DNA of 64,000 nt from an uncultured delta proteobacterium (GTDB lineage: Bacteria > Myxococcota_A > Polyangia > Polyangiales > Polyangiaceae), in assembly GCA_963806225.1 (NCBI GenBank), contig CAWDXG010000004.1, forward strand, positions 1,824,001 through 1,888,000, in the 5' to 3' direction. Made by a program: the position numbers and the translations under genes. Every line of letters begins with the position of its first letter. Position 1 is the stretch's first letter. This document shows positions 8,373-18,270 of this stretch, one piece after another. The notes under the pieces were generated by a model. The model made no database searches. It was not told the origin of the DNA and saw nothing but the letters and a program-made list of their open reading frames with translations.

Positions 8373-10772
8373 CTACGCCGGCGCGGGCCAGTCCACGGGG
8401 CGACCGGCGAGCGCGTCGACGGTCAAGACGCGAAAACCCGTGCCGCTCCGCTGGCGGAGCACGAGCTTCCACAGCGGCAGGAAGAGCGGCGTGACGGCGC
8501 CGGGCGTCGCCGCGAAGCGCGCCTTGAAGTGCTTCTTGACGTCCGACGGAGGCCGGCGCTTCTCGTAGTCCTCGGCGTCGATGCCCAGCTCGCCCGGCGC
8601 GACCTCGACGAACGCCGCCGCGCCGTCGAGATCCTGGATGCGGCTGGCGTGCGTCGCGGGGCGATCGACGAACGCGACGCCGTCCCGCGGGGAGAACACG
8701 AGCAGCGCCAGGGTGTGCGGATGGATGTACACGCTCCCCAGCCGTTCGTCGTGGCTCGGCCCCACCAGGCGACCGAGCAGCGGGCGCTCCACCTTTTCAC
8801 TGAAGTCGAGCTTGTAGACGAGGCGATGCACCAGGTCGGCGCGTTCGAACACCTCGTCTTCGCCGATCAGACCGAGCAAGCGCGATCGCGCGGCGTCCAT
8901 CGCGATGCGCTCGGCCGCCGCGCGATCGATCGCGGGCACCGCTGCCAAGAGCTTGCCGCGGATACCGAGATCCGGACGCGCTCCGCTCGACAGGGCAAAG
9001 TAGCGCAGAGCGCGCCCCTCCTTGAACTGATCCGCGAGCCCGGCATCGACCAGCTCCCTGAGCAGGGCGCGCGCCTTCTTCTGCCCCACACCGGCCGCCG
9101 TAGCGAAGTCGGCCGGGCTCATCGAGCGGCGGCGGGCAAGCACGCGCTCCAGGCGCGCGAGCTCCGCGGCGTGGGGATCGACCGGCGGCGGCGGCGCTAC
9201 AACGGGCGGCGCAACGGGCGGCGCAGCATACTGCGGCGGCTGGACCGGCGGCGGCGCGGGCATGGCTTCCGTGGGAGCAGGCGCGGCGATCCGCGGATCG
9301 TCGAGCGTCGGCGGCACGGGCGTGTCGATCGGCTCGCGCCCGTGGGCGGCTGCGAGCGGGTCGGGCGCGGGCGGCGCGGGTGTGGGCGGGTCGGGCGCGG
9401 GCGGCGCGGGTGCGGGCGGCGCAGCCGCGGGCGCCGCTCCAACGCTGCCGCGCTCGAGCCCGGCGAAGCGCTCCCGCCATCTTCCATCCGCAGTCCGCTC
9501 GATGCGCTCGTCGTCCCAGGTCTCGTGCGCGCCGAGCAGCCAGCGCGATCGCAGCTCCTGCGCCGCCGCGAAGTGATCGGGCGAGAGCAGCACGAACTCG
9601 CCGGGACGCAGGGCGGGCAGCTTCTGCATGATCGCGTCGCACGCCACGGGGTCGAGCGCCTTGACGGTGGGCTCGATCTTCTTGAGATCCTGCCGCGTGG
9701 TCAGCCTGCCGAGCGCCCACGAGCCGAACTGCGCCATGGCCTTGTAGTCAACGTCGCCGGGGTTCTGTGTCGCCATCAGGCAGCACACGCCGTACTTGCG
9801 CGCCTGCTTGAACAAAAGCTGCAGCCCATCCTTGCAGGCCGGCTTCCTCACCGGCGGCACGAAGGGCGACACCTCGTCGATGTAGAACAGCGCCTGCGGC
9901 TCCGGGCTCGGGTGCGCGAGCATCCAGCTGTAGAGGCGGTCGGCAATGGCAGCGACGAAAAAGTCCTTGTCGTCCTGGTTGTGGAGCGTGTTCAGGTAGA
10001 TGACCGCGATGCGCGTACGCCCCGGGGGCGTGGCCGCCGCTCCCCCGCCGCGCCCGAGCAGCACGTCGATGTCGACGGGGATGCCGTTGTGCAGCAGGAG
10101 CTTCCGTGCTCCCACGTCCAGCCGCGCCAGCCGCTGGCACGCGGCGCGGATCTTCTTCGGGTCGAGGTAGCGGGACAGCGCAGCGTAGCCCTGGCTCTCC
10201 AGGCCATCGAGGTGGGCCGAGAGCGACGCCAGGCTCGGCGCATCACCTGCGTCGAGCAGCTGGCCGAGCGCTGCGTCGAACACCGCCGCGAGTCCGGCAC
10301 CGTCGTCGCTGTCGGCCTCGTAGCCGAGTAGCGAGACAATCATGGCTGCGGTGCGGCTCGACGCGGAAAGCCGCTCGGCTCCTTGGAGGACGGCGAGGCC
10401 CGCGTCCACCGGATCGGCACAGAGCGGCACGCCCTTCCGCGAGCCGGGCGTGAAGATGACCACGTCGGCCCGCTCGCGGAATTCGGCGGCCAGCGCGGGG
10501 TCGATGCCGTGCTCCTGTAGCGCAGCGGGATCGGCCGAGCCCTCGGCGAGGCTGCACAGATCGCCCTGCGGATCGATACAGATGACGGGCAGCCCGCTCC
10601 GGACCGCTTCCTCCACCACGACCTTGCACAGCACCGTCTTGCCCGACCCGCTCGAACCGAGCGCCATCACGTGGCGGAGCAGCGCGCGTGCCGGGAGCTC
10701 GACGGGCTCTGTGGGCGAGGCGCGATCGCTGCCGAGCCAGAGAGCCACGTCCCTCCTGTCGTCGACATCCAT
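8373..10772 (-). CDS. HerA/FtsK-like (DUF87-type) ATPase with Pro-rich linker and C-terminal winged-helix
   Basis: Walker A GSSGSGKT, IDPQGD, Walker B FYIDE, QARKYGV, ATQNPGDVDYK. Confidence 0.8.
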   Translation of the reverse strand: MDVDDRRDVALWLGSDRASPTEPVELPARALLRHVMALGSSGSGKTVLCKVVVEEAVRSGLPVICIDPQGDLCSLAEGSADPAALQEHGIDPALAAEFRERADVVIFTPGSRKGVPLCADPVDAGLAVLQGAERLSASSRTAAMIVSLLGYEADSDDGAGLAAVFDAALGQLLDAGDAPSLASLSAHLDGLESQGYAALSRYLDPKKIRAACQRLARLDVGARKLLLHNGIPVDIDVLLGRGGGAAATPPGRTRIAVIYLNTLHNQDDKDFFVAAIADRLYSWMLAHPSPEPQALFYIDEVSPFVPPVRKPACKDGLQLLFKQARKYGVCCLMATQNPGDVDYKAMAQFGSWALGRLTTRQDLKKIEPTVKALDPVACDAIMQKLPALRPGEFVLLSPDHFAAAQELRSRWLLGAHETWDDERIERTADGRWRERFAGLERGSVGAAPAAAPPAPAPPAPDPPTPAPPAPDPLAAAHGREPIDTPVPPTLDDPRIAAPAPTEAMPAPPPVQPPQYAAPPVAPPVVAPPPPVDPHAAELARLERVLARRRSMSPADFATAAGVGQKKARALLRELVDAGLADQFKEGRALRYFALSSGARPDLGIRGKLLAAVPAIDRAAAERIAMDAARSRLLGLIGEDEVFERADLVHRLVYKLDFSEKVERPLLGRLVGPSHDERLGSVYIHPHTLALLVFSPRDGVAFVDRPATHASRIQDLDGAAAFVEVAPGELGIDAEDYEKRRPPSDVKKHFKARFAATPGAVTPLFLPLWKLVLRQRSGTGFRVLTVDALAGRPVDWPAPA

Positions 10773-10826
10773 GGGGCGGCCGAGGCTAGCTCATGAACGC
10801 GCGGGCGTCGCGCCCGCTTCCCGCGC

Positions 10827-11849
10827 TCAGTCGGGCGTGAGGATGATCTTGCCGAGATTCCTGCCGTACTCGAGCTCGCCGTGCGCGTCGGCGGCGCGCG
10901 AAAACGGGAAGCTGCCGCCGACATGCGGCTTGATGCTGCCGGCTTCGTACAGCTCCACCAGGCGCTTGAGCTGGCTGGTGATGAGATCCGTCTCGTCCCA
11001 CAGGTGACCCATGTTCACGCCCGACACGGTGCGGTTGGCGTCCATGAGCTTCATGGGGTTGAAGCGCGGCACCCGCGCGATCTGTCCGAGCACATGCAAG
11101 AGCTTGCGCTTGCCGCCCGTGTTCACGTTCGCCAGTCCGAACGCGATCAGCATGCCCGCCGGAGCGAGCAGCGAGTAGCCCTTCTTCCAGTCCGCTCCAC
11201 CGAGCGCATCGAGCACGAGATCGACGCCACGCCCGTCCGTGAGTCGCTTGACCTCCTCCACGTAGTCGAGACTCCGGTAGTCGATCGGATGGTCGCAGCC
11301 GTGCTCGCGCGTGTAGTCGTGCTTCTTCGCCGATGCCGTCCCGTAGGTCACGACGCCTTCCACGGTGCGGCACAGCTGGAGCACCGCGGTGCCGACGCCA
11401 CCCGCCGCCATGTGCACCAGCACGTGCTCGCCGCCGCGGATACGCGCGACCTGGAACAGCATGTGGTGCGCCGTCAGATACGTCACCGGCATGGCCGCCG
11501 CGTCGTCGAAGCTCATCGCGTCGGGGATCGGGATCGCCTGGGCCGCAGGCACGGTCACCACGTCGGAATGCCCGCCGAAACGCGACATGAACAGCACGCG
11601 CGTGCCGACCGCCGGCTCGCTCACGCCTTCGCCCAGCGCGTCGACCACACCCGATCCCTCGTAGCCCACCACGCAGGGAGGCTTCGGTGCGTCCGGATAC
11701 AGGCCCTGCCGCGCCGTCACCTCGGCGAAGTTCAGCCCGACGGCTCGCGTGCGGACTCTGACCTCGCCCGGCGCGGGCTCGGGATCCGGCGTTTCCCTCA
11801 CCTCGAGCACGCCGGGGCCGCCATGGCGCGTTATCCAGATGGCTCGCAT
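10827..11849 (-). CDS. VAT-1-like medium-chain NADPH:quinone oxidoreductase
   Basis: GLNFAEVTARQGLYPDAPKPPCVVGYEGSG, HMAAGGVGTA, RNLGKIIL. Confidence 0.9.
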   Translation of the reverse strand: MRAIWITRHGGPGVLEVRETPDPEPAPGEVRVRTRAVGLNFAEVTARQGLYPDAPKPPCVVGYEGSGVVDALGEGVSEPAVGTRVLFMSRFGGHSDVVTVPAAQAIPIPDAMSFDDAAAMPVTYLTAHHMLFQVARIRGGEHVLVHMAAGGVGTAVLQLCRTVEGVVTYGTASAKKHDYTREHGCDHPIDYRSLDYVEEVKRLTDGRGVDLVLDALGGADWKKGYSLLAPAGMLIAFGLANVNTGGKRKLLHVLGQIARVPRFNPMKLMDANRTVSGVNMGHLWDETDLITSQLKRLVELYEAGSIKPHVGGSFPFSRAADAHGELEYGRNLGKIILTPD

Positions 11850-11979
11850 GGCCCGATTGCTGGGGCCGCCGGGGCCCGAGCGCAAGGGGCGGCAGCGCGA
11901 GCAGCTGGAAAAAACGAGTCCCCCGCCACGCGACCGGCGCCCCCGCTGGACATCACCAGCCGGGGACGCCTGCGCCGTT

Positions 11980-12954
11980 CTACTCGCAACTCAGACTGCT
12001 GCAGACGCCCGAGCAGCAGCTCGCGCCGGCGGTGCACACGCCGCCCTTCTTCACGCACGACAGGTAGGCACACTTGCCTCCCAGGCAGCTCCTGGAGCAG
12101 CAGTCGGCGTCTGCCGAGCAGCTGTTGCCGGTGGCCTTGCAGGCCGCGATGCAGCTGCCAGTGCAGTTGCCCGAGCAGCACGCGCTGCTCGATGTGCAGG
12201 CCTTGCCGTTGGCGGTGCAAGCCGCCTGTCCGAGCTGGCACTTGCCGCTGACGCAGTTGGATCCCGGACAGCACGGCGGCAGCCCAGTGCCGCACTTGTT
12301 CGATGAAGTCAGGACCGCCACAGTGCACGTCTTGCACAGGCCCGAGCTGCAGTACGACCCGGAGCAACAGTCGCCGGGGAGCTTGCAGTTGGAGCCGGCA
12401 GGACCGCAGCCGCACTTGCCGTTCGCGCAGACGAGGGTGCAGCACTGGGCCGGACCCGAGCACGAGGCCTTGGCGGCCGAGCAGGTGCCCTGGGCACAGG
12501 TGTCCCCGAGGCACTCTGCCGACTTGTCGCAGCACGACCCGCCGCTGCATCCGGTCTTGCCGAACTGGGTGCAAGCCGGCGTGCCGCCGCTACCGCCGGA
12601 GCCCGCCGTGCCGCCGGAGCCCGCCGTGCCGCCGGAGCCCGCCGTGCCGCCGGAGCCCGCCGTGCCGCCGGAACCCGCCGTGCCGCCGGAACCCGCCGTG
12701 CCGCCGGAACCCGACGTGCCGCCGGAACCCGACGTGCCGCCAGAACCCGAGGTGGCGCCCGAGCCGCCACTGCCGGACGAACCCGATGTGCCGCCGGAAC
12801 CCGACGTGCCCGCCGAGCCGCCGGAGGCTCCCCCGCTCCCCGCGGCACCGGCCTTGCCCCCTGAACCGCCGACGTTCGTGCTGGACGAACAACCCACCGC
12901 GACCGACAGAGCAATCGACGCCACTAGACCCACACTGCGAGCACGCACCTGCAT
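11980..12954 (-). CDS. Cys-rich secreted lipoprotein with Gly/Ser/Thr linker
   Basis: Signal ending VAVGC; GSGGTA repeats; about seven C-x-CC-x-C modules. Confidence 0.8.
   Translation of the reverse strand: MQVRARSVGLVASIALSVAVGCSSSTNVGGSGGKAGAAGSGGASGGSAGTSGSGGTSGSSGSGGSGATSGSGGTSGSGGTSGSGGTAGSGGTAGSGGTAGSGGTAGSGGTAGSGGTAGSGGSGGTPACTQFGKTGCSGGSCCDKSAECLGDTCAQGTCSAAKASCSGPAQCCTLVCANGKCGCGPAGSNCKLPGDCCSGSYCSSGLCKTCTVAVLTSSNKCGTGLPPCCPGSNCVSGKCQLGQAACTANGKACTSSSACCSGNCTGSCIAACKATGNSCSADADCCSRSCLGGKCAYLSCVKKGGVCTAGASCCSGVCSSLSCE
12593..12810. repeat. 18-bp tandem repeat (CCGCCGGAGCCCGCCGTG and variants) encoding the GSGGTA linker
   Basis: Directly visible; about 9 contiguous copies, then degenerate units. 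Confidence 0.9.
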
Positions 12955-13150
12955 TCCACCACTCCCGCTATTGCCGCACAGCGCGGCTACCACCCGGAAC
13001 GCATGCTAGCCCACAGGAGCGAGCGCCGTCTAGTCGCGGCTGCTTCGGCGCGGCGCAAGGTGGAAAGTCCGCTCGGTTTCCCCGCGCGCGCCACCCGCCC
13101 CCGACGGGGAATCGGGGACAGGTGACTAGAGCCCGAGCTTGTGGCGGAGC

Positions 13151-13399
13151 TCAGTGCCGGGAGGTCTCGACGACGTCATCGTGGTCGACCTTCCGCTCGT
13201 GGGCGGTGTCGAGCTTTTCCCGGATGTCGCCGAGAGCGCGGGCCGTGGTCCCGAGGGTGCGCTGGCTCGTCTGGAGCAGGAGCTGCGCCACGCCGAGGCC
13301 GTAACGCGCCCAGTCGCTGCCGACGCTGAAAAGCGCCTCGACGAGATCGCCGGGCTCGGGTTGGCTGGGATCGGTGTGGGGGCTCTGGGTATTGGACAT
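13151..13399 (-). CDS. Small helical hypothetical protein
   Basis: Strong RBS (AGGAGGAG) upstream of ATG; amphipathic 82-aa product. Confidence 0.7.
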   Translation of the reverse strand: MSNTQSPHTDPSQPEPGDLVEALFSVGSDWARYGLGVAQLLLQTSQRTLGTTARALGDIREKLDTAHERKVDHDDVVETSRH

Positions 13400-13460
13400 G
13401 GATCTCCTCCTTGGCGGGACGGGTCCCGCGTCAGACTGCTTGTGTTGGAGCGCCTGGATT

Positions 13461-13949
13461 TCAGCGTTCGGCGGGCTTTTCCGGTTGGCAACCGCTGCAC
13501 ACGAACACGGCGGGCCCCGGCTTGCTCGCGATGGCCAGCAGGCCGTCCTCGCCCGCGCGGAGCTCGGTGCCGCACTTGGCGCAGTGTCCGTCGACGGCCA
13601 TCCGCACCTTCTGGTAGGCGACCACGTCCGCCAGCGGGTCGAGCCGCTCCACGCGAGCCCGGATGCGCTCGCGTTCGTCTCGCATCGAGCGAGCTGCCCG
13701 CTGCAGGCGATCCTCGACGTGACCCCCGGCGCGGTCGGCGATGTCGACGGCGTCCTCGAGGATGGTGCGGACCAGGTTCGAGACCGGGATGCGCAGCGCG
13801 GCAGCCACCGACTTCAGCTCCGCTTCCAGCACGGCCGGGATGCGCGTGTGCAGCACGCGCTCCTTCTTCTCGCTGGAGCGCGAGCTGCTGCCGTCGACCT
13901 CTGCCTCGACCCGATCGTTGTCGTCGCTCTGTGTCACGCCGTGATACAT
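13461..13949 (-). CDS. Ribbon-helix-helix DNA-binding protein with C-terminal Zn-ribbon
   Basis: ERVLHTRIPAVLEAELKSVAAALRIPVSNLVRTILEDAV (RHH-like), coiled segment, CAKC...CSGC; true start may be GTG at 13937. Confidence 0.7.
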   Translation of the reverse strand: MYHGVTQSDDNDRVEAEVDGSSSRSSEKKERVLHTRIPAVLEAELKSVAAALRIPVSNLVRTILEDAVDIADRAGGHVEDRLQRAARSMRDERERIRARVERLDPLADVVAYQKVRMAVDGHCAKCGTELRAGEDGLLAIASKPGPAVFVCSGCQPEKPAER

Positions 13950-13996
13950 GTATCACGAAGCATCGGCTGTCAACGTCGTTTGTATCACAAAGTGAT
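13930..13996. promoter_or_regulatory. Putative operator/promoter of the RHH gene
   Basis: Perfect palindrome GTGATACATGTATCAC (13941-13956), extra half-sites TGTGTCAC (13930-13937) and TGTATCAC (13981-13988), minus-strand TTGACA at 13968-13973. Confidence 0.6.
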
Positions 13997-13998
13997 CT

Positions 13999-16807
13999 CT
14001 AGGAAGTAATATCCTGTAATTGCTTGGTTTTTACATTTCTCTTCTTGTCGTAACTGGACTGATTCCGTAATTGCTTCCCGAGCTGCCCGAGCAAAAGCGG
14101 CGCGACGCTGCCGACGGCAACGACGATCCAGCCGACCACGCCGGGGTCGGAGGTGCCGAGCACGCGCGACAGCAGCGGCACGTACACTGCCGCCAGCAGC
14201 AGCACGGTGCACAGCAAAAGCGCGCCCCACACCCACAGGTTCCGCGTCACCTCGTTGACGAACAGGCCGGCGCGCGGTGCGCGCACATTGAAAACGTGCG
14301 CGAGCTGGCCGAAGCCCAAGGTGAGGAACGAGACCGTCACGCCTCGCTGCTCCGGCATGCCGAGAACGTGGAGGGCGACGGCAAGCGCGCCGAGCACCGC
14401 CGCCGTGATGATCACGCCGTAGGCCCAGATGAGCGTCCAGTGCCTCCGCTCCAAAAGCCGCTCGGCAAAGTCGGCGGGAGGACGCCGCATCACGTCGCCC
14501 TCCCCTTCCCCCGCGCCCAGTGCGAGCGCCGGAAACACGTCCGTCACCAGGTTCAAGAACAGGATCTGCAGCGGCAGGATCGGCAGCGGCAGCGACAGCA
14601 GCGGCGCGGCGCCCACTGCGAACAGTTCGCTCACGTTGCACGACAGCAGATACACGACGAAGTTGCGGATGTTGCCGAAGATGATGCGGCCCTCGCGGAT
14701 TGCGACGGCGACCGTGTCGAGCTCATCGTCCTCGAGCACCATGTCCGCCGCTTCGCGCGCCACCTGGGTACCGCGCCGGCCCATGGCAACGCCGATGTCG
14801 GCCTTGCGGAGCGCGGGGGCGTCGTTCACGCCGTCGCCGATCATCGCGACGATGTCGCCGGCTTCCTGGTGTAGCTCGATCACGTCCAGCTTCTGCCGCG
14901 GACTGGTCCGCGCCAGCACCACGGCGCGGCGCACACGTTCGCGATCCGCCTCGCTGCCAAGAAGCAACATCTGGATCTCCCGGCCGTCGAGTGGCGGTGC
15001 AAGACTGCCGTCGAGTCCCACGGCGACGGCGACGCTGGCCGCCGTCGCAGCCTGGTCGCCCGTCACCATCACCACGCTCACGCCGGCCTGGTGGCAGGCT
15101 TCGATCGCCGCGCGCACCGGCTCGCGCGGCGGATCCAGCATGCCCACGAGCCCGAGCCAGGTGAGCCCGGCGTAGGGAGGCTCCGCAGAGCTCGATGCGG
15201 ACTTCTCCGCCAACGCCAGCAGCCTGAGGCCCCTCGACGCGAACCGTTGATCATCGGCACGCAGGCGCCTCTGGTCCTTGTCGCCGAGCTCGCGGTCGCC
15301 GTCATGGCTACGGATGCGCGTGCAGGCGTCCAGCACGGCCTCCGGCGCGCCCTTGACCGCAACGCGCATGCGGTCTTCATCCTGATGGAAGGTCGCCATC
15401 ATCCGCGTCTCGGGGTCGAAGGCTTCTTCGCGGATCTCGGGCAACCGTTCTTCGATTTCCGCGATCGAACAGGCCAGCCTTGGCCGCGGCTGCCAGGAGC
15501 GCCACTTCGATAGGCTCGCCGATGGCCTCGGCAGGCTCGCCCTCCGCGGCAACGTGCAGCTCGGCGTTGTTGCACAGCGCACCGACCCTCAAGAGATCCA
15601 TCAAGCGCGGGTCGGAAGCGGGGTCGATTCGCGCGCCGCGTTCGTCGACGAAGCTCCCGTGCGCCGAAAGCGGATCGCCCGAAAGGTTGATCTCCCGCTC
15701 GTGCAGCACGATGACGGCCACGCTCAGTCGGTTCTCGGTGAGCGTGCCGGTCTTGTCGGTGAGGATCACGCCCGTAGAGCCGAGCGTCTCCACCGCCGAC
15801 AGGCGCTTCACGAGCGCGTGCTCGCGCGCCATCCGCCACATGCCGCGCGCCAGCGCGAGCGTGGCCACGATGGGCAGCCCCTCGGGGACGGTGGCGACCG
15901 CCAGCGCGATCGCCGTCTCGACGATCAGCACCACCCGTTGACCTGCCAGGATCCCCGTCACCGCGACGAGCAGCGCAATCGCGAGCATTAGCCACACCAG
16001 CCGGCGGCCCAGCCCGGCGAGCCTTTTCTCGAGCGGGGTCGTCTCGTCCCCGGCTTCCGACACCAGCGCCGAGATGCGGCCGAGCTCGGTCTGCATTCCG
16101 GTCGCCACCACCACGCCTTCGGCCGAACCGCGCGTGACCGCCGTGCCCTTGAAGAGCATGTTCTTCCGCTCCGCGAGCAGCGCGTGCTCGTCGACCACCT
16201 GAACGTGCTTGCCGACGGGGAGCGATTCGCCGGTGAGCGCTGACTCGTCGGCCTGCAGGCGATTGGCTTCGACGAGCCGCACGTCGCTGGTCACGACGTC
16301 GCCGCCCTCGAACACCACGATGTCGCCCACCACCAGATCCGCGGCCGGTACCAGATCCATCTCTCCGTCGCGACGGACCCGCGCCTGGACCTGTCCCAGG
16401 CGTCCCAGCGCCTCCATCGAGCGCACCGCGCGGAGCTCCATGACGAATCCGATCGCGGCGTTGATCACGATCACCGCCACGATGGCGACGCCCTCGACCA
16501 CGCGCGCGACGGCGAACGACACCGCGGCGGCCACGACCAGGAGCAGGACGATGACGCTCCAGAGCTGCGCGACGAGGATCGCCCAGGCGCTGCGCGGGCG
16601 GGTCTCGCGCAGCCGGTTCGGGCCGAAGCGGGCGCGACGCCGGTGGACCTCGGCACGCGAGAGTCCCGTGTCGACGGAAACGCCGAGCTCGTCGAGCAGT
16701 TCGTCTGCCGACCGCGCCCAGGCTTCGGCCGGCTCTTTCGGTTTCGCGCGAGGGGGCCCCATCACCGCTCCCGCACCAACATGCGGTCGCGGCGCCGGTC
16801 GCGCCAT
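13999..16807 (-). CDS. Cation-transporting P-type ATPase, type II (frameshift near 15465)
   Basis: TGES, PEGL, DKTGTLT, KGAPE, TGD, GDGVNDAPAL motifs across ORFs 15377-16807 and 13999-15582. Confidence 0.92.
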
Positions 16808-16904
16808 TGTCGTGCGCTGCCCGGAAATGACGAAAGCCGGCTCCGGGGCATATCGCCCTGGGCCGGCTCCGTCACGCGCGGTTCGACCCCGCGCGGCGCG
16901 CGGG

Positions 16905-18083
16905 CTACTCCGCCGCGCTCAGTGCGTCGCTCGCGGGAGCAAGGTCCGCGGTGCGGTCACCCAGCACGACGGACTTGTTCGTGACCCAGCGCGTGCGGTC
17001 GTAGTGGTCGAGGTTCTTGTTGAGCACGACCTGGAAACACGATGCGTTGCCCTGCTCGGCGATGATCGTCGACCAGGCCAGGAACATGTGCCAGATGCGG
17101 AACCAGCGCTCGCCGTAGGTCTTGACGACCTCGTCCTTGTTGCTGAGCCAGTTGTCGTGCCACTTCTTGATCGTCCACGCGTAGTGGATGCTCACGTTCT
17201 CGACGCTGTGCGTCTCCCAGCCCGCCTTCTCCATCGCCTTGAGCATCCCTGCAGGGGGCAGGCTCGCGTCGGCGCCGGGGAAGATGTACTTGTTCATGAA
17301 CAGGCCCCAGATGAGGTCCTCGGGGCGCAGGCCACGGCGGAGGCCGGTCCACTGCAGGAGGAAGAGGCCCTCGTCGGAGAGCAGGTCGCGTACCTGCTCG
17401 TAGAAGGAGACGAGGTTCTTCACGCCTACGTGCTCGACCATCTCCAGGCTGGAGATCTTGTCGAAAGTCTGGTTTTCGGGGATGTCGCGGTAGTCCTTGC
17501 ACAGGATGCGCGCGCGATCCTCGAGGCCCCACTCCTTGATGCGGCCGTTGCCGAACTCGGTCTGGCGCTCGGCGATGGTCACGCCGGTAGCGTCGACGCC
17601 GTAGTACTTCGCCGCGTGGCGGGTGAGCGTGCCCCAGCCGCAGCCGATGTCGAGCAGGCGCTCGCCCGGCTTGAGCTGCAGCTTCTTGCAGACCAGGTTC
17701 ATCTTGTGGTCCTGCCCCTGCTCGAGCGTCTCGTTCGGGTTCTCGAAGAACCCGGACGTGTAGACCATGCGCTCGCCGAGGAACCAGCCGAAGAAGTCGT
17801 TGCCACGGTCGTAGTGCTCGCGGACGATGCGCTCGTCCTGGCTCTTCGAGTGGATGGCGACCTCCGGAACGAAGTTCGTCACCGCCCACTTGAGGTGCTG
17901 CGGCGTAAGCGTGTACTTGACGAACAGGTTGCGGTTGCGGAGGAAGGCGTAGATGTCGCCCGGAATGTCGATGTCGCCGTCGAAGTACGCCTCGTACAGC
18001 GTGGACATCGGAATGCGCTTGGACGCGTAGCGCTGGGCGAGCTTCTTGTCGTTGAAGACGACGTAGTCGGTGAGCTTGTTCAT
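16905..18083 (-). CDS. Cyclopropane-fatty-acyl synthase family SAM methyltransferase, sphingolipid C9-methyltransferase-like
   Basis: HYDRGNDFFGWFLG.RMVYTSG, LDIGCGWG, LEMVEHVG, EDLIWGLFMNKYIFPGADAS. Confidence 0.88.
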   Translation of the reverse strand: MNKLTDYVVFNDKKLAQRYASKRIPMSTLYEAYFDGDIDIPGDIYAFLRNRNLFVKYTLTPQHLKWAVTNFVPEVAIHSKSQDERIVREHYDRGNDFFGWFLGERMVYTSGFFENPNETLEQGQDHKMNLVCKKLQLKPGERLLDIGCGWGTLTRHAAKYYGVDATGVTIAERQTEFGNGRIKEWGLEDRARILCKDYRDIPENQTFDKISSLEMVEHVGVKNLVSFYEQVRDLLSDEGLFLLQWTGLRRGLRPEDLIWGLFMNKYIFPGADASLPPAGMLKAMEKAGWETHSVENVSIHYAWTIKKWHDNWLSNKDEVVKTYGERWFRIWHMFLAWSTIIAEQGNASCFQVVLNKNLDHYDRTRWVTNKSVVLGDRTADLAPASDALSAAE

Positions 18084-18270
18084 GCTGGGGGCGCCTTCCT
18101 TGGCGTTACTGGGCCGTGCGGCCGGTACAGGGGGCCCAGAGACGACCACTTGTCTCCCCGCGAGGCAAGCCCGATTTGTCGCAGAAGGTGTGTGGATCCA
18201 GGACACCGCACCGCGTAACGGAGTTCGCGCCGACACGGGTGAGACGCAAATCCGCAGAGAGAAAAGGGGA

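Noticed and set aside
8349..10331. Long antisense and alternate-frame ORFs (e.g. 8349-10331 +, 16209-18218 +, 19293-21200 +, 31404-33410 -, 59225-60979 +)
   Set aside because: Shadow ORFs expected at this GC content: Arg/Ala/Pro-rich, no motifs, and opposite well-supported genes.
12593..12810. Tandem repeats as a CRISPR array
   Set aside because: Contiguous in-frame 18-bp units without unique spacers, inside a CDS, and no cas genes.
13980..14075. AT-rich patch as a mobile-element end or replication origin
   Set aside because: No transposase, terminal inverted repeats or DnaA boxes seen; better explained as the promoter region of the RHH gene.
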